From the human T2T-CHM13v2.0 reference genome, Homo sapiens: a stretch of 64,000 nt of DNA. The stretch lies in assembly GCF_009914755.1 (NCBI RefSeq), contig NC_060925.1; one strand, written 5' to 3'. Position numbers and translations under genes: made by a program. Of this stretch, positions 1 to 13,755 are shown one piece after another. Numbering within the stretch: position 1 is the first letter of the stretch; every line of letters starts with the position of its first letter. The notes under the pieces were generated by a model. That model made no database searches. It was not told the origin of the DNA and saw only the letters and a list, made by a program, of their open reading frames with translations.

Positions 1-267
1 TTCTGCTCCTCTCCCTCAACTTACCCTCCATCCCCAAGGAGTCCTCAGTGTCTGTTGTTCCCTTCTTTGCGTTCATGAGTTCTCATCATTTAGCTCTCAC
101 TTATATGTGAGAACATGCAGTATTTGGTTTTCTGTTCCTGCATTAGTTTCCTAAGGACAATGGCCTCCTGCTCCATCCATGTTCTCACAAAAGACATTAC
201 CTTGTTCTTTTTTATGGCTGCATAGTATTCCATGGTGTATATGTACCACATTTTCTTTATCCAATCA
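1..267 (-). mobile_element. L1 (L1PA/L1PB-type) 3' UTR fragment
   Basis: Typical antisense L1 3' sequence (gtgagaacatgcagtatttggttttctgttcc...atggctgcatagtattccatggtgtatatgtaccacattttctttatccaatc). Confidence 0.8.
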
Positions 268-2038
268 CAGTTAATTATTTCATCATTATTTAGATGTATG
301 TCGTTTAAAATTAATGTTGACTAAAAGATAGTCATCCATTTTAATATGCTGTCTCCTGTCTTATTCAACAAGAAAAATAGGTCAGCTGTCTTTTATTGTT
401 AATCCACTTCAAAGTATTTTGATTTCTCTCTCAGTTACATTTGAAATTTTAAGGTCTAATTTCTGTTCTCTAGTCCCTTTATCTCTGGGATAGTTTCTCA
501 GTTTTGTTCTCTTATCACAGATGCAGTTTTAAAATTTTTATTGAAGTACAATAAACAAAAAATTACATAAACCAAGTATTTAGCTTAATGAGTTCTCATC
601 AACTAAACATATCTGTATAACTAATTCCTAGATCATACTGCTTTGATTATCTGCAGTACCAGTTTTCCACTTTTCTGCCCCCAATGTAGATTTTAATAGC
701 ACTATTGCAATGCTAGTTTTAGTTTATTCTTGTTATTTTACACTGCATCCTTTTCTTCTCTGTCTGTAGTCCTTAATCCCATCCTGTTGTCTTTTCAGTT
801 ATTGTTTTCATTTTTGTGTCTTTTTACTTTATTTCCACAGAAATCAAGTTTTCACACATATTGTCATGAAAATAATGTAGTATTCTAAAATGTTCTTGAT
901 GTTTTGTTATAAGCCAGATTTTGGGTTTTCTTCCTTTAGCTCTTTAGCGTTATGTTCCCTTTCTTTTGTGGAGCACTAGGAATACATAATGTATGTATGT
1001 ATATGTATAGATACTCAAACACACAACATGTGTCTGTCCAATCATCATGTATTCCCTCTTGCTTTACCTCTTCATAAAAGAACAGTGGTTTCTTTAATAA
1101 CCTTCTTTTCCTAGCAGCCAGGTACATTAGAGGAGGCTGACTTCATTCTCAGTTCCAAAGAATAATCCTCTTTCCTCCCACTTCTTGCCATTGATCCATT
1201 TAGAGATGAATATGAGTAAAGGTTTGCTGATGGCTTCTCGGGAAGTTCTCATTTGTTCTTTAGGTAGAGACATCAGGGGGACGTGAATGAGGAAGCATGT
1301 AGATAGAGTGCTACTTGCAACCATCCTATAACTTCAAAAATGTCTTTGAGGTAAAGCTGAAACTTTGACCAGTGAAGTGAAGAAGTGGTAGATATCTGAG
1401 TTCTTGATCTTTTTGAGTCTTCAAGATAACCCTGCTGATGTTTTTTTTTTCTTGGACTTTCTCCTTATATGAGCCAATAAATTTTAATATTTAGGGAAGC
1501 TTCATTTAGGTTCTCTATTGCTTGCTGCCAGATCATCCTAACTTACACATAACTACAATCTGATGTTGAAAGGAATTAGTTTTCTCTTTCTCTCTCTCTC
1601 CCTCTCTCCCCCTGCCCCGCTCTTCCCCACATCTCCTTAGCAAGTGCACAACCAGACCTAGTGTTTGCTAACAAAATAAATCTGTGAGCTGTCATTAGCC
1701 AGGTTCACTGACCACCTTGAGGAACAGTCAAAGCTCCACCTCAGATACATAGTAGAAATTGCTGTTCAAGTTCCGGTAGTTGGTAACCATCTGTTGTAAT
1801 AATACTAAACTGTACTAGGATCTAACCAGTTTCACAGATACTTCAAACCAAGCAGATATCTTCTCTGTCACTTGTAAGATAAATAAAATATAGTCCTCTG
1901 TTGCTTTTGCCTTGTTTTGTTCTGCAAGTTGTCATTTCTCAAAGCATGGAGAAGACAGAGTATAAGAATGACAAGGAAAATAGTATTCAGACTAGCTCTG
2001 TAAAGCAACTGAGTGACCATCAGCTGGCTCTCTCATTA

Positions 2039-2311
<273 letters not shown>

Positions 2312-2639
2312 TCACCATTTCTGTTGCTACTTTCTTGTTTCACACTGGTTTTGTTTAATTCAGCACCTTTGGTTTTATGGTTAAGCATTTTCTCCAATTC
2401 AGACAGTAAGTTATCTTTTCATTTTATCTGTTACTATTGTGTTACCTCTCATCTTTTTCTTGTCTTCATACACATTTTAATGGGATATTGACAGTAACTG
2501 TTAAATAGATGATGCTATAGAGTGGATATGTGCCCCTGCTAAACAGCAATTATTATTGTTGTTTACATGTTTCAAACTTGTTTACATTGCTTCAATATAG
2601 CTAAACTTGTGATAGATATAACTGTAACTAATTTGTATT

Positions 2640-2841
2640 TGGGCACTGCCAGATCTAAATTTAAGTTCTGGCACTACCACTGTCTAATTCTGTGACTTTT
2701 GGCAAGTTTCATAAGCTGTCAAAGTTTCAATTTATTCAGCTTAATTACCTCACTGTGAGGTTGTGAGAAATGAATAATACAGTAAAATACTTAGCAAAGT
2801 GAGCTGCACACCATACCTACGCAATAGCAGTAGCTATTGTT
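2640..2841 (+). mobile_element. MIR, with the SVA inserted at its 3' end
   Basis: Degenerate MIR core (ctgtgactttggcaagtt...ggttgtgagaaatgaataatacagtaaaatacttagc). Confidence 0.55.
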
Positions 2842-2853
2842 AATAATGTGCTC

Positions 2854-4407
2854 GCCCTCGCCCTCTCCCTCTCCCTCTCCCTCTCCCTCTCCCCACGGTC
2901 TCCCTCTCCCTCTCTTTCCACGGTCTCCCTCTGATGCCGAGCCGAAGCTGGACTGTACTGCTGCCATCTCGGCTCACTGCAACCTCCCTGCCTGATTCTC
3001 CTGCCTTAGCCTGCCGAGTGCCTGCGATTGCAGGCGCGCGCCGCCACGCCTGACTGGTTTTCTTATTTTTTTGGTGGAGACGGGGTTTCGCTGTGTTGGC
3101 CGGGCTGGTCTCCAGCTCCTAACCGCGAGTGATCCGCCAGCCTCGGCCTCCCGAGGTGCCGGGATTGCAGATGGAGTCTGGTTCACTCAGTGCTCAATGG
3201 TGCCCAGGCTGGAGTGCAGTGGTGTGATCTCGGCTCGCTACAACCTCCACCTCCCAGCCGCCTGCCTTGGCCTCCCAAAGTGCCGAGAGTGCAGCCTCTG
3301 CCCGGCCGCCACCCCGTCTGGGAAGTGAGGAGCGTCTCTGCCTGGCCGCCCATCGTCTGGGACGTGAGGAACCCCTCTGCCTGGCTTGCCCAGTCTGGAA
3401 AGTGAGGAGCGTCTCTGCCCGGCCGCCATCCCATCTAGGAAGTGAGGAGTGTCTCTGCCCGGCCGCCCATCGTCTGAGATGTGGGGAGCGCCTCTGCCCT
3501 GCCGCCCCGTCTGGGAGGTGAGGAGCGTCTCTGCCCAGCCGCCCTGTCTGAGAAGTGAGGAGACCCTCCGCCTGGCAACCGCCCCATCTGAGAAGTGAGG
3601 AGCCCCTCCGCCCGGTAGCTGCCCCGTCTGAGAAGTGAGGAGCCCCTCCACCTGGCAGCCACCCCGTCTGGGAAGTGAGGAGCGTCTCCGCCCCGCAGCC
3701 ACCCCGTCTGGGAAGGAGGTGGGGGTCAGCCCCCGCCAGGCCAGCCGTCCCGTCCGGGAGGGAGGTGGGGGGGTCAGCCCCCCGCCCGGCCAGCCGCCCC
3801 GTCCGGGAGGTGAGGGGCGCCTCTGCCCGGCCGCCCCTACTGGGAAGTGAGGAGCCCCTCTGCCCGGCCACCACCCCGTCTGGGAGGTGTACCCAACAGC
3901 TCATTGAGAACGGGCCATGATGACAATGGCGGTTTTGTGGAATGGAAAGGGGAGAAAGGTGGGGAAAAGATTGAGAAATCGGATGGTTGCCTTGTCTGTG
4001 TAGAAAGAAGTAGACATGGGAGACTTTTCATTTTGTTCTGTACTAAGAAAAATTCTTCTGCCTTGGGATCTTCTTGATCTGTGACCTTACCCCCAACCCT
4101 GTGCTCTCTGAAACATGTGCTGTGTCCACTCAGGGTTAAATGGATTAAGGGTGGTGCAAGATGTGCTTTGTTAAACAGATGCTTGAAGGCAGCATGCTCG
4201 TTAAGAGTCATCACCACTCCTTAATCTCAAGTACCCAGTGACACAGACACTGCGGAGGGCCGCAGGGTCCTCTGCCTAGGAAAACCAGAGACCTTTGTTC
4301 ACTTGTTTATCTGCTGACCTTCCCTCCACTATTGTCCTGTGACCCTGCCAAATCCCCCTCTGCGAGAAACACCCAAGAATGATCAATAAAAAAATAAATA
4401 AATAAAA
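2854..4407 (+). mobile_element. Full-length SVA retrotransposon, sense to CRB1
   Basis: (CCCTCT)n hexamers, antisense Alu-like region, GC-rich VNTR (~3290-3890), SINE-R, AATAAA and A-tail. TSD aataatgtgctc at 2842-2853 and 4408-4419. Confidence 0.97.
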
Positions 4408-5399
4408 AATAATGTGCTCAATATTCTGCATATTTTAATTAAATAGCTGTTAGAATTTATATTTACAAAATGAATGGATCTCTAACATAAATTTAACATT
4501 TCAAATATTTCTTTTATTAACTTAACTTTAAAATTAGAGGGATTTTTATTTTTTTTAACCAAATGACAAATTCCAGACATTTAGAGAAACATATTACCCT
4601 ATAGTTGTATAGTGCTTTATATTTTGCCGAATAGAGCACTTTATATTTTCTAAAATATTTACATATTAATTACCTTTTCCAGTTCTCACAACAACTAAAG
4701 GTAGGTGGTGCAAAGGTGCTTACTCCCATTTCACCATGAACAAAGTTAAAACTCAGAGAAACTACATGGCTCCTGTAGGATCACATATTTAACTGGAGCC
4801 ATTGCTGGGACATTTGACCTCCAAACACCTCCTCTCTCTTCCATATTTATTAAATTGGCTTGCCAATTAATATATGTAAACCTAGTAATTAAGAAGCTAA
4901 GTCAGCCTATATTTGCTACAATATGCCACAGGTAACTTTTTAATCTTAAGATTGTACTAAGAAAGAATGAAGTGGAAAAATGGTTAAAGCAAAGACAAAA
5001 TATGGAGGAAAATTTCTTGTTGCATATTTAAGATATTCTTTTTATTCTATGAAGGACATAATGAAATCTACTCAGTTAATAGGCAGCATATGGTATAATC
5101 CAAGTATGTTAGAGATTTCGGGTTTTGGCCAAATAGAAGTTTTAAAGAAATATTTTGGTGAAGTAGTTTCTGCCTTTTATCAAGAAACCTCTATCAACTA
5201 AAGTTATTTCTTCTAAAAGTCACTGCCATTTTTTAGGAACAGTTTAAATGCCAATCCAAAGCCAGCTTCTTTGAACTGACACATTTACATGGGTAGATAA
5301 AATTTGTGTCTCTGAAAGTGTTTTATTTCCTGCGATCAGAGCTTCTTAGCTTTTCCAGATCAAATATTCCTGTGAAAATTTGTTGAAATTTTAGACCAG

Positions 5400-5560
5400 T
5401 TCTGAGGAAGAGTGCTAACAGAATTACCTGGTATGCTCATAAAAAATGCAGCTATCTGAGCCCGATCTTGATTCACAGAATCAGAATTTCTAGTGATGTG
5501 TCCTAAGATTTTGCATTTTAATCACACCCACTCCCACTAAGGGACTCTTATGATATTATA
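5400..5560. mobile_element. Probable MER5-type hAT DNA transposon remnant
   Basis: agaattacctgg...aaatgcag...agaatcagaatttctag...tgcattttaa motif resembling MER5A/B. Confidence 0.45.
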
Positions 5561-6060
5561 TTTTATAGAGTCAATACTATAAATTCTTCCCCCAGAAAAT
5601 GCAAAACAACAAATCAAAAAATATTACATATATTTTCAAATGATTTACAGACCTGTCATGTCCATTCATGGATACATTAGATATCTGCAAATGCCAGGTT
5701 TACAACCTTTGCATTGAATAAAGACTAAAGTTGTCTTCCAATACATTAGGCTCTTTATGCAGGAGAAAAGACTGAATGCATGTTCATTTTGATTACAGCA
5801 TTTCACACATTTCATCAAGATATATACTTTATAGCAGTACTGTATTATATAATACGGTACACTAGGAAGTAAACATAGAAAGAGGTATTCACACTTATAA
5901 GAGTTACCATGCAGTTGAGGAAAGTAAATCACAAATATTAAAAAAAAGAATACAATGTACTCTGTGCTGGGTTCCATATGGATAAGCTCAGATGTTCAAG
6001 GACAAACATGAGTGAGAGTTACCAATAGAAGGCATTTCAATATGGGTAAGTAACAATTGG

Positions 6061-6170
6061 GCAGAACTGTGAAAGAAAGTTGGGATTTTTAAAAAACTGA
6101 AGAGAAAGTAGCAGTTGAGCAGAACTCTGAAAGAAAGTTGGGATTTTGAAAAAACGAAAGAGAGAGAGAA
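6061..6170. repeat. Two-copy tandem duplication, period 58 bp
   Basis: gcagaact(g/c)tgaaagaaagttgggatttt(t/g)aaaaaac at 6061 and 6119. Confidence 0.8.
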
Positions 6171-7603
6171 AACTTTGAATGTGTTTTAAATTTTATTCTA
6201 CTAAAATATATTTTAATACAACCATTTATGCAGTAAGCAATGGGAAATAATGCTGGGAGATGAATAAAAGCCAGATTGTGGAGGGCCTTGAATGTCGGGC
6301 CTTACCAGGTCAATAATATACTTGGCCTTTGATATTTTCATGGCTGTACAAAATTAAAGTATTAATAAATTTGCAAAAAATGACAAACAGCACTGCTAAA
6401 GAATGTAAAGCCAGTTCTTACCATGGCAGAGAGAAAGCCAACATTTCTTAGAACAGCAACATCCAACTCCATACAAGACAGGTTTTTATAATTCACTTTA
6501 ACTTAAGTGTTTAATCATTCACTTTTGACAAGACAAGGGAAAAAAGGACCAAGCAAGAGCAGAGCCCTTTCTGATGATTTACTGATCAAAGCCAATTAGG
6601 ATAGTTCTGGTTGAACTGGGTTGAGTTTCTCTGAAATTACTTTTCAAAGTAAAGTCAACAAGAGTGAGCATGTGCAGTGCTGTACTTTCTACTTGTTAGT
6701 CCGTAAAATAACTAAAAATCACTTACCTATATCCACTGAGCTTCAAAGTATGACTTTTGAAGTGCAAAATCAAGTGAAATGTGAAACTGAAATGCAAGGC
6801 TTTTTGCAGCTATTTTGTCTTTCGTTTGAAGATCTCAGAATACTTTCCACACAATAGACTGAATCAAATCTTCCTCTGGGCTCAGTATTTTTTTTATCTG
6901 AGCTACCATATGGTTTTGAACAAATATCAGGTCTGGAGAGTGTGTATATGTATCTCTTGCATCAGAACTTTAGAATAGTATAATCATAAAGTAGAGCAAA
7001 GAATGGATGCTGAAGAAACAATTCCATGCTATACGCTGTACACACACAATCTTAATATACAAAATAAGTTACCAACATAGTAACACCACATTTTTCTGAT
7101 ATTAAGGTTGACAGTGACCCACATAAAAGAGCTTTTGGCATAACACATTTTTATAATTCTTGTGGGAAAAATGTTTTTTTTAATCATTTCACATTTAAAT
7201 ATTTCAGAAATATATTACACATTTTCTTGCATTTCTGGTTTAAAAATGTTGCATACAATTTTGTATCTTATTGACGACAATGTTATTATTTATTGTCCTA
7301 TGCTCTATAGATTTTGATTTTGTTCCTATTTTCAATATCTTCAAGGTACTATACTTTTTAATATTATTTTATGCCAGCTCATCATATTATTTTTTCGGAG
7401 GGAGCATGTTGTAGAGAACAAATGACTTATCTCAGGAGTCAGGCAGACTGAGTACCAACCACAAGTTGGCTTGGTTTCATCATCTGTGAAATGCAGGTAG
7501 CAATACATGCTTCATCATTCATTAGAATGATTAAATGGCCACATAAATAAAGCACTTACCACAGTGACTGGCACAGATCTGAGACTCAGGAAGTGTTAGT
7601 TCT

Positions 7604-7899
7604 TTCTCTTTTTTTTTGAGACGGAGTCGTTCTGTCGCGCAGGCTGGAGTGCAGTGGCGCAATCTCGGCTCACTGCAAGCTCCGCCTCCAGGGGTTCATG
7701 CCACACACCTGCCTCAGCCTCCTCAGTAGCTGGGATTACAGGCGCCCGCCACCATGCCCGGCTACTTTTTTTGTATTTTTTAGTAGAGACGGGGTTTCAC
7801 CGTGTTAGCCAGAATGATCTCGATCTCCTGACCTCGTGATCCGCCCTCCTCGGCCTCCCAAAGTGCTGGCATTACAGGCGTGAGCCACTGCGCCCGGCC
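7604..7899 (-). mobile_element. Alu (AluY-like)
   Basis: Full antisense Alu; TSD aagtgttagttct at 7591-7603 and 7903-7915. Confidence 0.93.
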
Positions 7900-9579
7900 A
7901 GTAAGTGTTAGTTCTATCCACTCACATTCATTTTCTAGTTCTCAGCTGTCATTTCCTGCTGGCTGAAAAGGTACACAAAGTTATCCCTTATCCTTTTCTT
8001 TTGCTGATTCTATTCCACTGCAAGCTGAAATATTTGATAATCAAGCTTGCTTTAATTGTATCTAAAATAGTAATGAATGATGGATTAAGGCCTGAGGAAA
8101 TAGTTAACAAACTTCGCCATCTCCAGTTTTAAACATAGACACTTTTAGGACACATCTTCGTTCTTGATTATGTTCTGCATAGTTGAGGTCACGTACAGGG
8201 ACTGACCTCCAGAAAAGTAAAATTTAATGGTAATCAATACGGAGAAAAATTGTGGACATGATGAAATCTAACTATGTTTTTAAGCAAATAAAAATAGAGT
8301 TAGTGAATTATGGCAAGACAAGCAACATTTGATAAGCACCTATGACCTGGAACCACATGCTATGAACAATTGCCTCATTTAATCCTTATTAGTGGCCTTC
8401 TAAAGAAGTTACTGCTCTTCCCTTTTTACAGATTTTTTAAACTGTGACAAAATTATGAATTTATGAAAATGTCAACTCTTATATTCAGCATATTTTCCAC
8501 TTATAAATTCTCTACTTAGAAATTATGCATGCGGCATATTCTTTACTTAAAATTATGATAGAATCTTAGGACTGGGAGAATCACTAGAGGCCATTGAAAT
8601 ACATAACATACCTTTTCTTAAATTTCGATGATAATATCCATGCTGAATGATGATTCTCTCTAAATCTGCACAGCTTCAATGTCAGGAAACATACTGTCTC
8701 CCAAGACAGCTGGTTCTATGCTTGATGAGCATCAACTGCTAGAAGATTCTGCACAGTGAGCATAAATAAACCATCCAAAGGCTTCTTACTGTTGGTACTA
8801 GTTTTCACAGTTAGAAACAAATAAAACATAAAATTCCATGTGTTAGACCTTTAGCTACATGAAGACCCTTCTGATATGCCCTGGTATCTGCTTTTCTCCT
8901 GGTTAAACATTCAATTTTCTCCAATAATTTCTCTAATGACATGATTTCAAGTAAAATCACTATCATATTAGCTTTCTTTATTGGAGTGTCCATATCTTAT
9001 CGCTGTCTCCTAAAACAAAAATATTTCGAGTTCAAATTGGGAGTTAGAAAGGGATTTTCATTTCCTTTGCCCCAGATACTATCATCGGTCATGACAGCCC
9101 CAATGTCACATAAAATTTGGAAAGTCACATCACCATGGATCCATATTTCAAAGATAAGTTGAGGTAATACAGAATAAAGTAAACCATAGGCTGCTGTACA
9201 TTATGTAAGTGTTAATAATAATTATTAGTAAATTATTATCAATTGAAACTCATAGGTCTTCACCCAATAAGTTGTATCTCTTCTATCCAGTTTTGTGGTT
9301 TCTTCACCTCAAGTGAAAAGAGTTAACTCTTTACTTCAGATTATAGAAAACTGTCTTCTTTAGTTGACATGAGATCCCTGGCTTGCCTGCTTTATATCTA
9401 TTCCATTCTGTCCCAACCAATCCTATTCTATAGTTTCCCCCATTCCTCATTCATTTTTCTCCTTTCCTTTTGTACATCACTCTGATATATTAGCTATATA
9501 GACTCATTTACATGTATTCATGTAAATTATTAAGGTTTGTGTATAAGTATATATTGTGTTAAAGTTCTCATTTTCTTTC

Positions 9580-9745
9580 TTCCTTTTTTAACTTTTAGTT
9601 TAAGTTCAAGGGTACAAGTACAGATTTTTTTACATAGGCAAACTTCTGTCATGGGGGGCTGTTGTACAGATTATTTCATCACCCAGATGTTAAGCCTAGT
9701 ACCCATTAGTTATTTTTCCTGATCCTCTCCCTCCTCCAAGCCCTC
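9580..9745 (-). mobile_element. Old L1PA 3'-end fragment
   Basis: aacttttagtttaagttcaagggtacaagtacag...atttcatcacccag...cctagtacccattagttatttttcctgatcctctccctcctcc. Confidence 0.75.
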
Positions 9746-11399
9746 TAAAGGTACATCTCTTTGTTGTATTGGAGAAGAAAACCTTTTTCAGCCTCCCCCT
9801 AGCAGAGCACCCCTCAAGTCCTATTGACCAGGATTGGGTCACATGCCCATGACCCAGCTGTAAAGGAGTGTGTGAAAGAATATATTTGACATGTGTATTC
9901 TATACGGTGGAACACATTTCTCTCTGTAAGGAACAGGCATGGGACATGCTGGGGAATGACTACTAGAGGTAACCATAATTTCTGCCTAAGGATGGTCATT
10001 ATTTTTAACAGGTTCATGTTGCCTATAAATTCAATAAGTATGCCTTATATATTTTTATTCAAGTAATATTTATCCAAGTTCACTTATGCTGTCTACAAAA
10101 AAGTTGGTGAAACTCCTTTGAATGACTAGCATGCTCCAAGCATTTATAGTTATCTCATTTGGTTCACACAAAAATAATTGTTTCATAGGCTTTATTATTT
10201 CTACTTTATAAGAAATTTCAGCTTAAATAAATTAGCTAATTTACCCAAGTTCTCATAGCCTAGTATCAAAGCTCCGATTAATATAAAAGTCAGTGTCATA
10301 GTCTGACTCCAAGTCCATGTTTATTCTACTTCATTATTTTGATTCCCTGAGGGCTATTAGAAATGCCTCTCCAAGTAGGTCCATTGATCAGAACCCTGAA
10401 TATGTTCCCTCTCCTTCTTACACCACCTTCACCCTGTAGCCCCCAATAGATACATTTCCTCCTTTGGTCCTCAAGGCTGTTGTCTGCTTAGGCTTCCCCA
10501 CTACTATAAGCTTGGATAAACTGTATGCTTCAAAAAGCAAGATTATATCTATTTTTCTTCACTATCATATCTCCTGCACTCACATAGTGGCAGTCAAACT
10601 AAGGCCTTGATAAATAAGTTTTAAATATGAATGAATAATAAATGAATGAATACATGCACTATTGCAATGTCTCTTGCATCACACGTTTTCTGCCTTATTA
10701 CTGGTTTCCATCACAACTTATCTGACCTCAGTTACCTGGCGATTATTTTTTTTAACTTGGCATACACTGCCCATGATAAGGCACTAATGACTATTTCATG
10801 ATACAGTTACTGCCCCTCTCAGGTAACATTTTCACCTTTACTGAGGCTTCTAAGAGACAAGGTCTCAACCTAAAGGAATTGCTCTGATTGTGAGAATTTT
10901 AGGGAGTATGGTAGTTCTAGGGGCTTCATGACCTCTCAGCTTATACTGCCTATGTGAAACCTCTCTAGGTCCTCAGGTTCCCCTTTAAGAAAATGTTAAA
11001 AAGAAACAAAAAAGAATCACTTTTTTTGTTTGTACTCTAAGTGTATCTCAAACACCTCACATATTCAAATTATTCTCTTGTACAAAATTAAATGCCATTG
11101 GATGTAGAAGGAGTGGAGCATAACTGGTCTTTCATAGAGGCTGGAATTTCTCTGAGAGCACCACACAAGTAACTCTTGCCACAGTCTCAATTAATAAAAG
11201 CCTTTACTCTTTTTTCTTAATTTTTCTTTCCTTTCTATCCCTTGCATAGATACTTAATAGATTTGAAGTTGCCATTAATTTCTTAACCACTATTCAAAAG
11301 GAAAACAAACAAAAGAAAACAAAAACAAAAACAGCATTTCCTTTGTTGTAAAGCAAAATAAAATCAGGCCCTAATTTTCCACAACAGAAGTTGTCCAAA

Positions 11400-11763
11400 A
11401 TACTTATCTGTGTTTAGATTTCCCAAAATTCATTTCTTCATAATAATACTGTCAGCGTTCAGTGTTGTGATCATAACATTCACTAGTGTGACTTAAAAAG
11501 GGGAGGCACCATGTGTTAAGCAGGGATAGGATCTAAGAATAACAAATCTGCCTGGTAAGCAGCACAAATGAGTCTTACACTAAGCCACACTGATCCAGCT
11601 TGGAGGGAAATGAGTCAAAACCAAGTCCCCATACTCTCTACCTGCGAGAAAGAGGTGACATTGAAGAACAAGCCCACACTTCTGGATATGGTCCAAAATG
11701 ATCAGAAACTCACTCTGTCAACCTAGTAGGTGTTTGGATGGATACCTCTTTTTTAACAGAAAG
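11400..11763 (+). promoter_or_regulatory. Putative internal (photoreceptor-type) promoter/5'UTR upstream of the alternative first exon
   Basis: Non-repetitive by eye. Contains CTAAGCC (CRX/OTX-type, 11580-11586), TGATCC (11591) and TGAGTCA (AP-1/MARE core, 11611-11617), directly 5' of the ATG exon. The TSS cannot be located from sequence. Confidence 0.5.
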
Positions 11764-11815
11764 ATGTTTGGAGCCAGGACACATGGTTTTCACATTTTAA
11801 TGGCAATGCTCATAG
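11764..11815 (+). CDS. CRB1: Alternative first coding exon of CRB1 (CRB1-B type, 'exon 5c'); encodes MFGARTHGFHILMAMLI plus the first base of Gly
   Basis: aagATG with A at -3; 17 open codons plus G, then donor AG|gtaact at 11816. Phase 1 matches the exon 6 acceptor (G+GA=Gly). The peptide end is hydrophobic and signal-like, and matches my recollection of the CRB1-B N-terminus. Confidence 0.88.
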
Positions 11816-13351
11816 GTAACTAACTCTCTTCTTATATACGCTAATTTGCAACATGCTTAGTGTTTTTAAGATGTTTATTTAGCAACTATTGTTTAATGCT
11901 ATAACAGATATTACTATCAAATGAAAATTCAAACTTTTGAGAAAGGAAAAGTGGATATATTTATGCATTGAGTTTTTGGCTTTAGATAATTTCTACTTTG
12001 ATTTCTATTTATTAAAATTTTTAAAATCCTAAGTCAATCAAAACAGATCAAGATGAAACTTCCTCATTTGTATATGTCTTTGTATATATGTCTAGTATAT
12101 ATATATCTAGGGTAAATTATATAACTTCATATTAGATATTTCATTAACCATGGCTTCAGCAAAGTGAGAATTATGACAAAAATCATCTTCATATCCAATG
12201 ATATTAATTCTAAATATAAAGTCTACGTTCCTTTTATCCATTAATATGATTTATTCTCAAGGAAATATGAGATATACCAAGTGGTAGAAATTTTTGCTAT
12301 CATGATTATTTTTGAAATACAGTATTATTATGGAATCAGATACTGAACTAAAAAAATTTTAGGAAAGTAAAATGAGGTGACAGTTTTTAATTAATTAAAT
12401 TAATTGACTTTAAGCAAATAACAATAAGCTTCAAGTAATCCATCCCATACTATAAATAATTGCACATAAATAAGCAATTTGTATTCAACTAAAATACCCA
12501 ATTAAGAAGACTGAATGGCCCCAATGGTCCCATAAATATGTCCTAATCCTTTTATCTTGATTGACAACAGATCTTGTTCTTTGCCCAGCTCCTCCAATAA
12601 CCAATAGGAGACATTTTTATCTTTTTTCCCACTTTTAGTTTTCTGGGTTCATCAAATAAATATGTTGGACTTTATTTTACATTGGACATGTCAATAGAAT
12701 TGATTTTAAGTGAAGTAAAAGCATAAATCGCTGTTTATCATTCTACTTTTCATACCTAATTCTGTTTGCTGTTCTTCGGACTATTGATCTTAATACAGGC
12801 TTTCTCTCCTTTTTTTGTTCTTTTTAAAGTGATGGTAAAATTTAAAACTTGCTTTTCTGTTTATATTTAAAGAAACACATAATCAAATTATTGACATTTT
12901 ATGAAAGATCAAATGCATAAATTTTAGCAATCATAAGAAAAAAAACAGTAGGCAATGGTATAGAAAGCACGACCATCTGCACTTATTTGCCCACAAAGGA
13001 TAAATGAGAGTGTACTGTAAATTGTAAAGAAATAAACATCTTATTTCAAGCTCTAATAAGCTTATGTGTCAATAGTTTTAATAGCTGCCTAGTTGGTCTT
13101 CCTGTCTCTACTTTCTTCCCACTTCATTCTGTTACATATCCCTGTGAAGGTGATCTTTATGAGAAACCATGTTGGTTTTCTGTCCAACAATTACGTATGA
13201 CTCCCCACTGCCAGAAAATAAATAAATACAGCTAAAAACCTCGTAAGTTCCCAGACCTTCTCCACTCTGGCTACATTTAACCTTTGTGTGTTTATTTTTC
13301 TAGGTAAATTGTACATGCCAACCAGATTGCCAAACTCATTGTCACCTCTAA

Positions 13352-13755
<404 letters not shown>

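Noticed and set aside
3290-3890. Repeat-spacer-like pattern (gggaagtgaggagc recurring)
   Set aside because: This is the SVA VNTR in a human intron, not a CRISPR array; there are no unique spacers or cas genes.
2974-4217. Cluster of overlapping ORFs up to 236 aa on both strands
   Set aside because: All lie within the GC-rich SVA Alu-like, VNTR and SINE-R regions, which are stop-poor; the peptides are repetitive and not genes.
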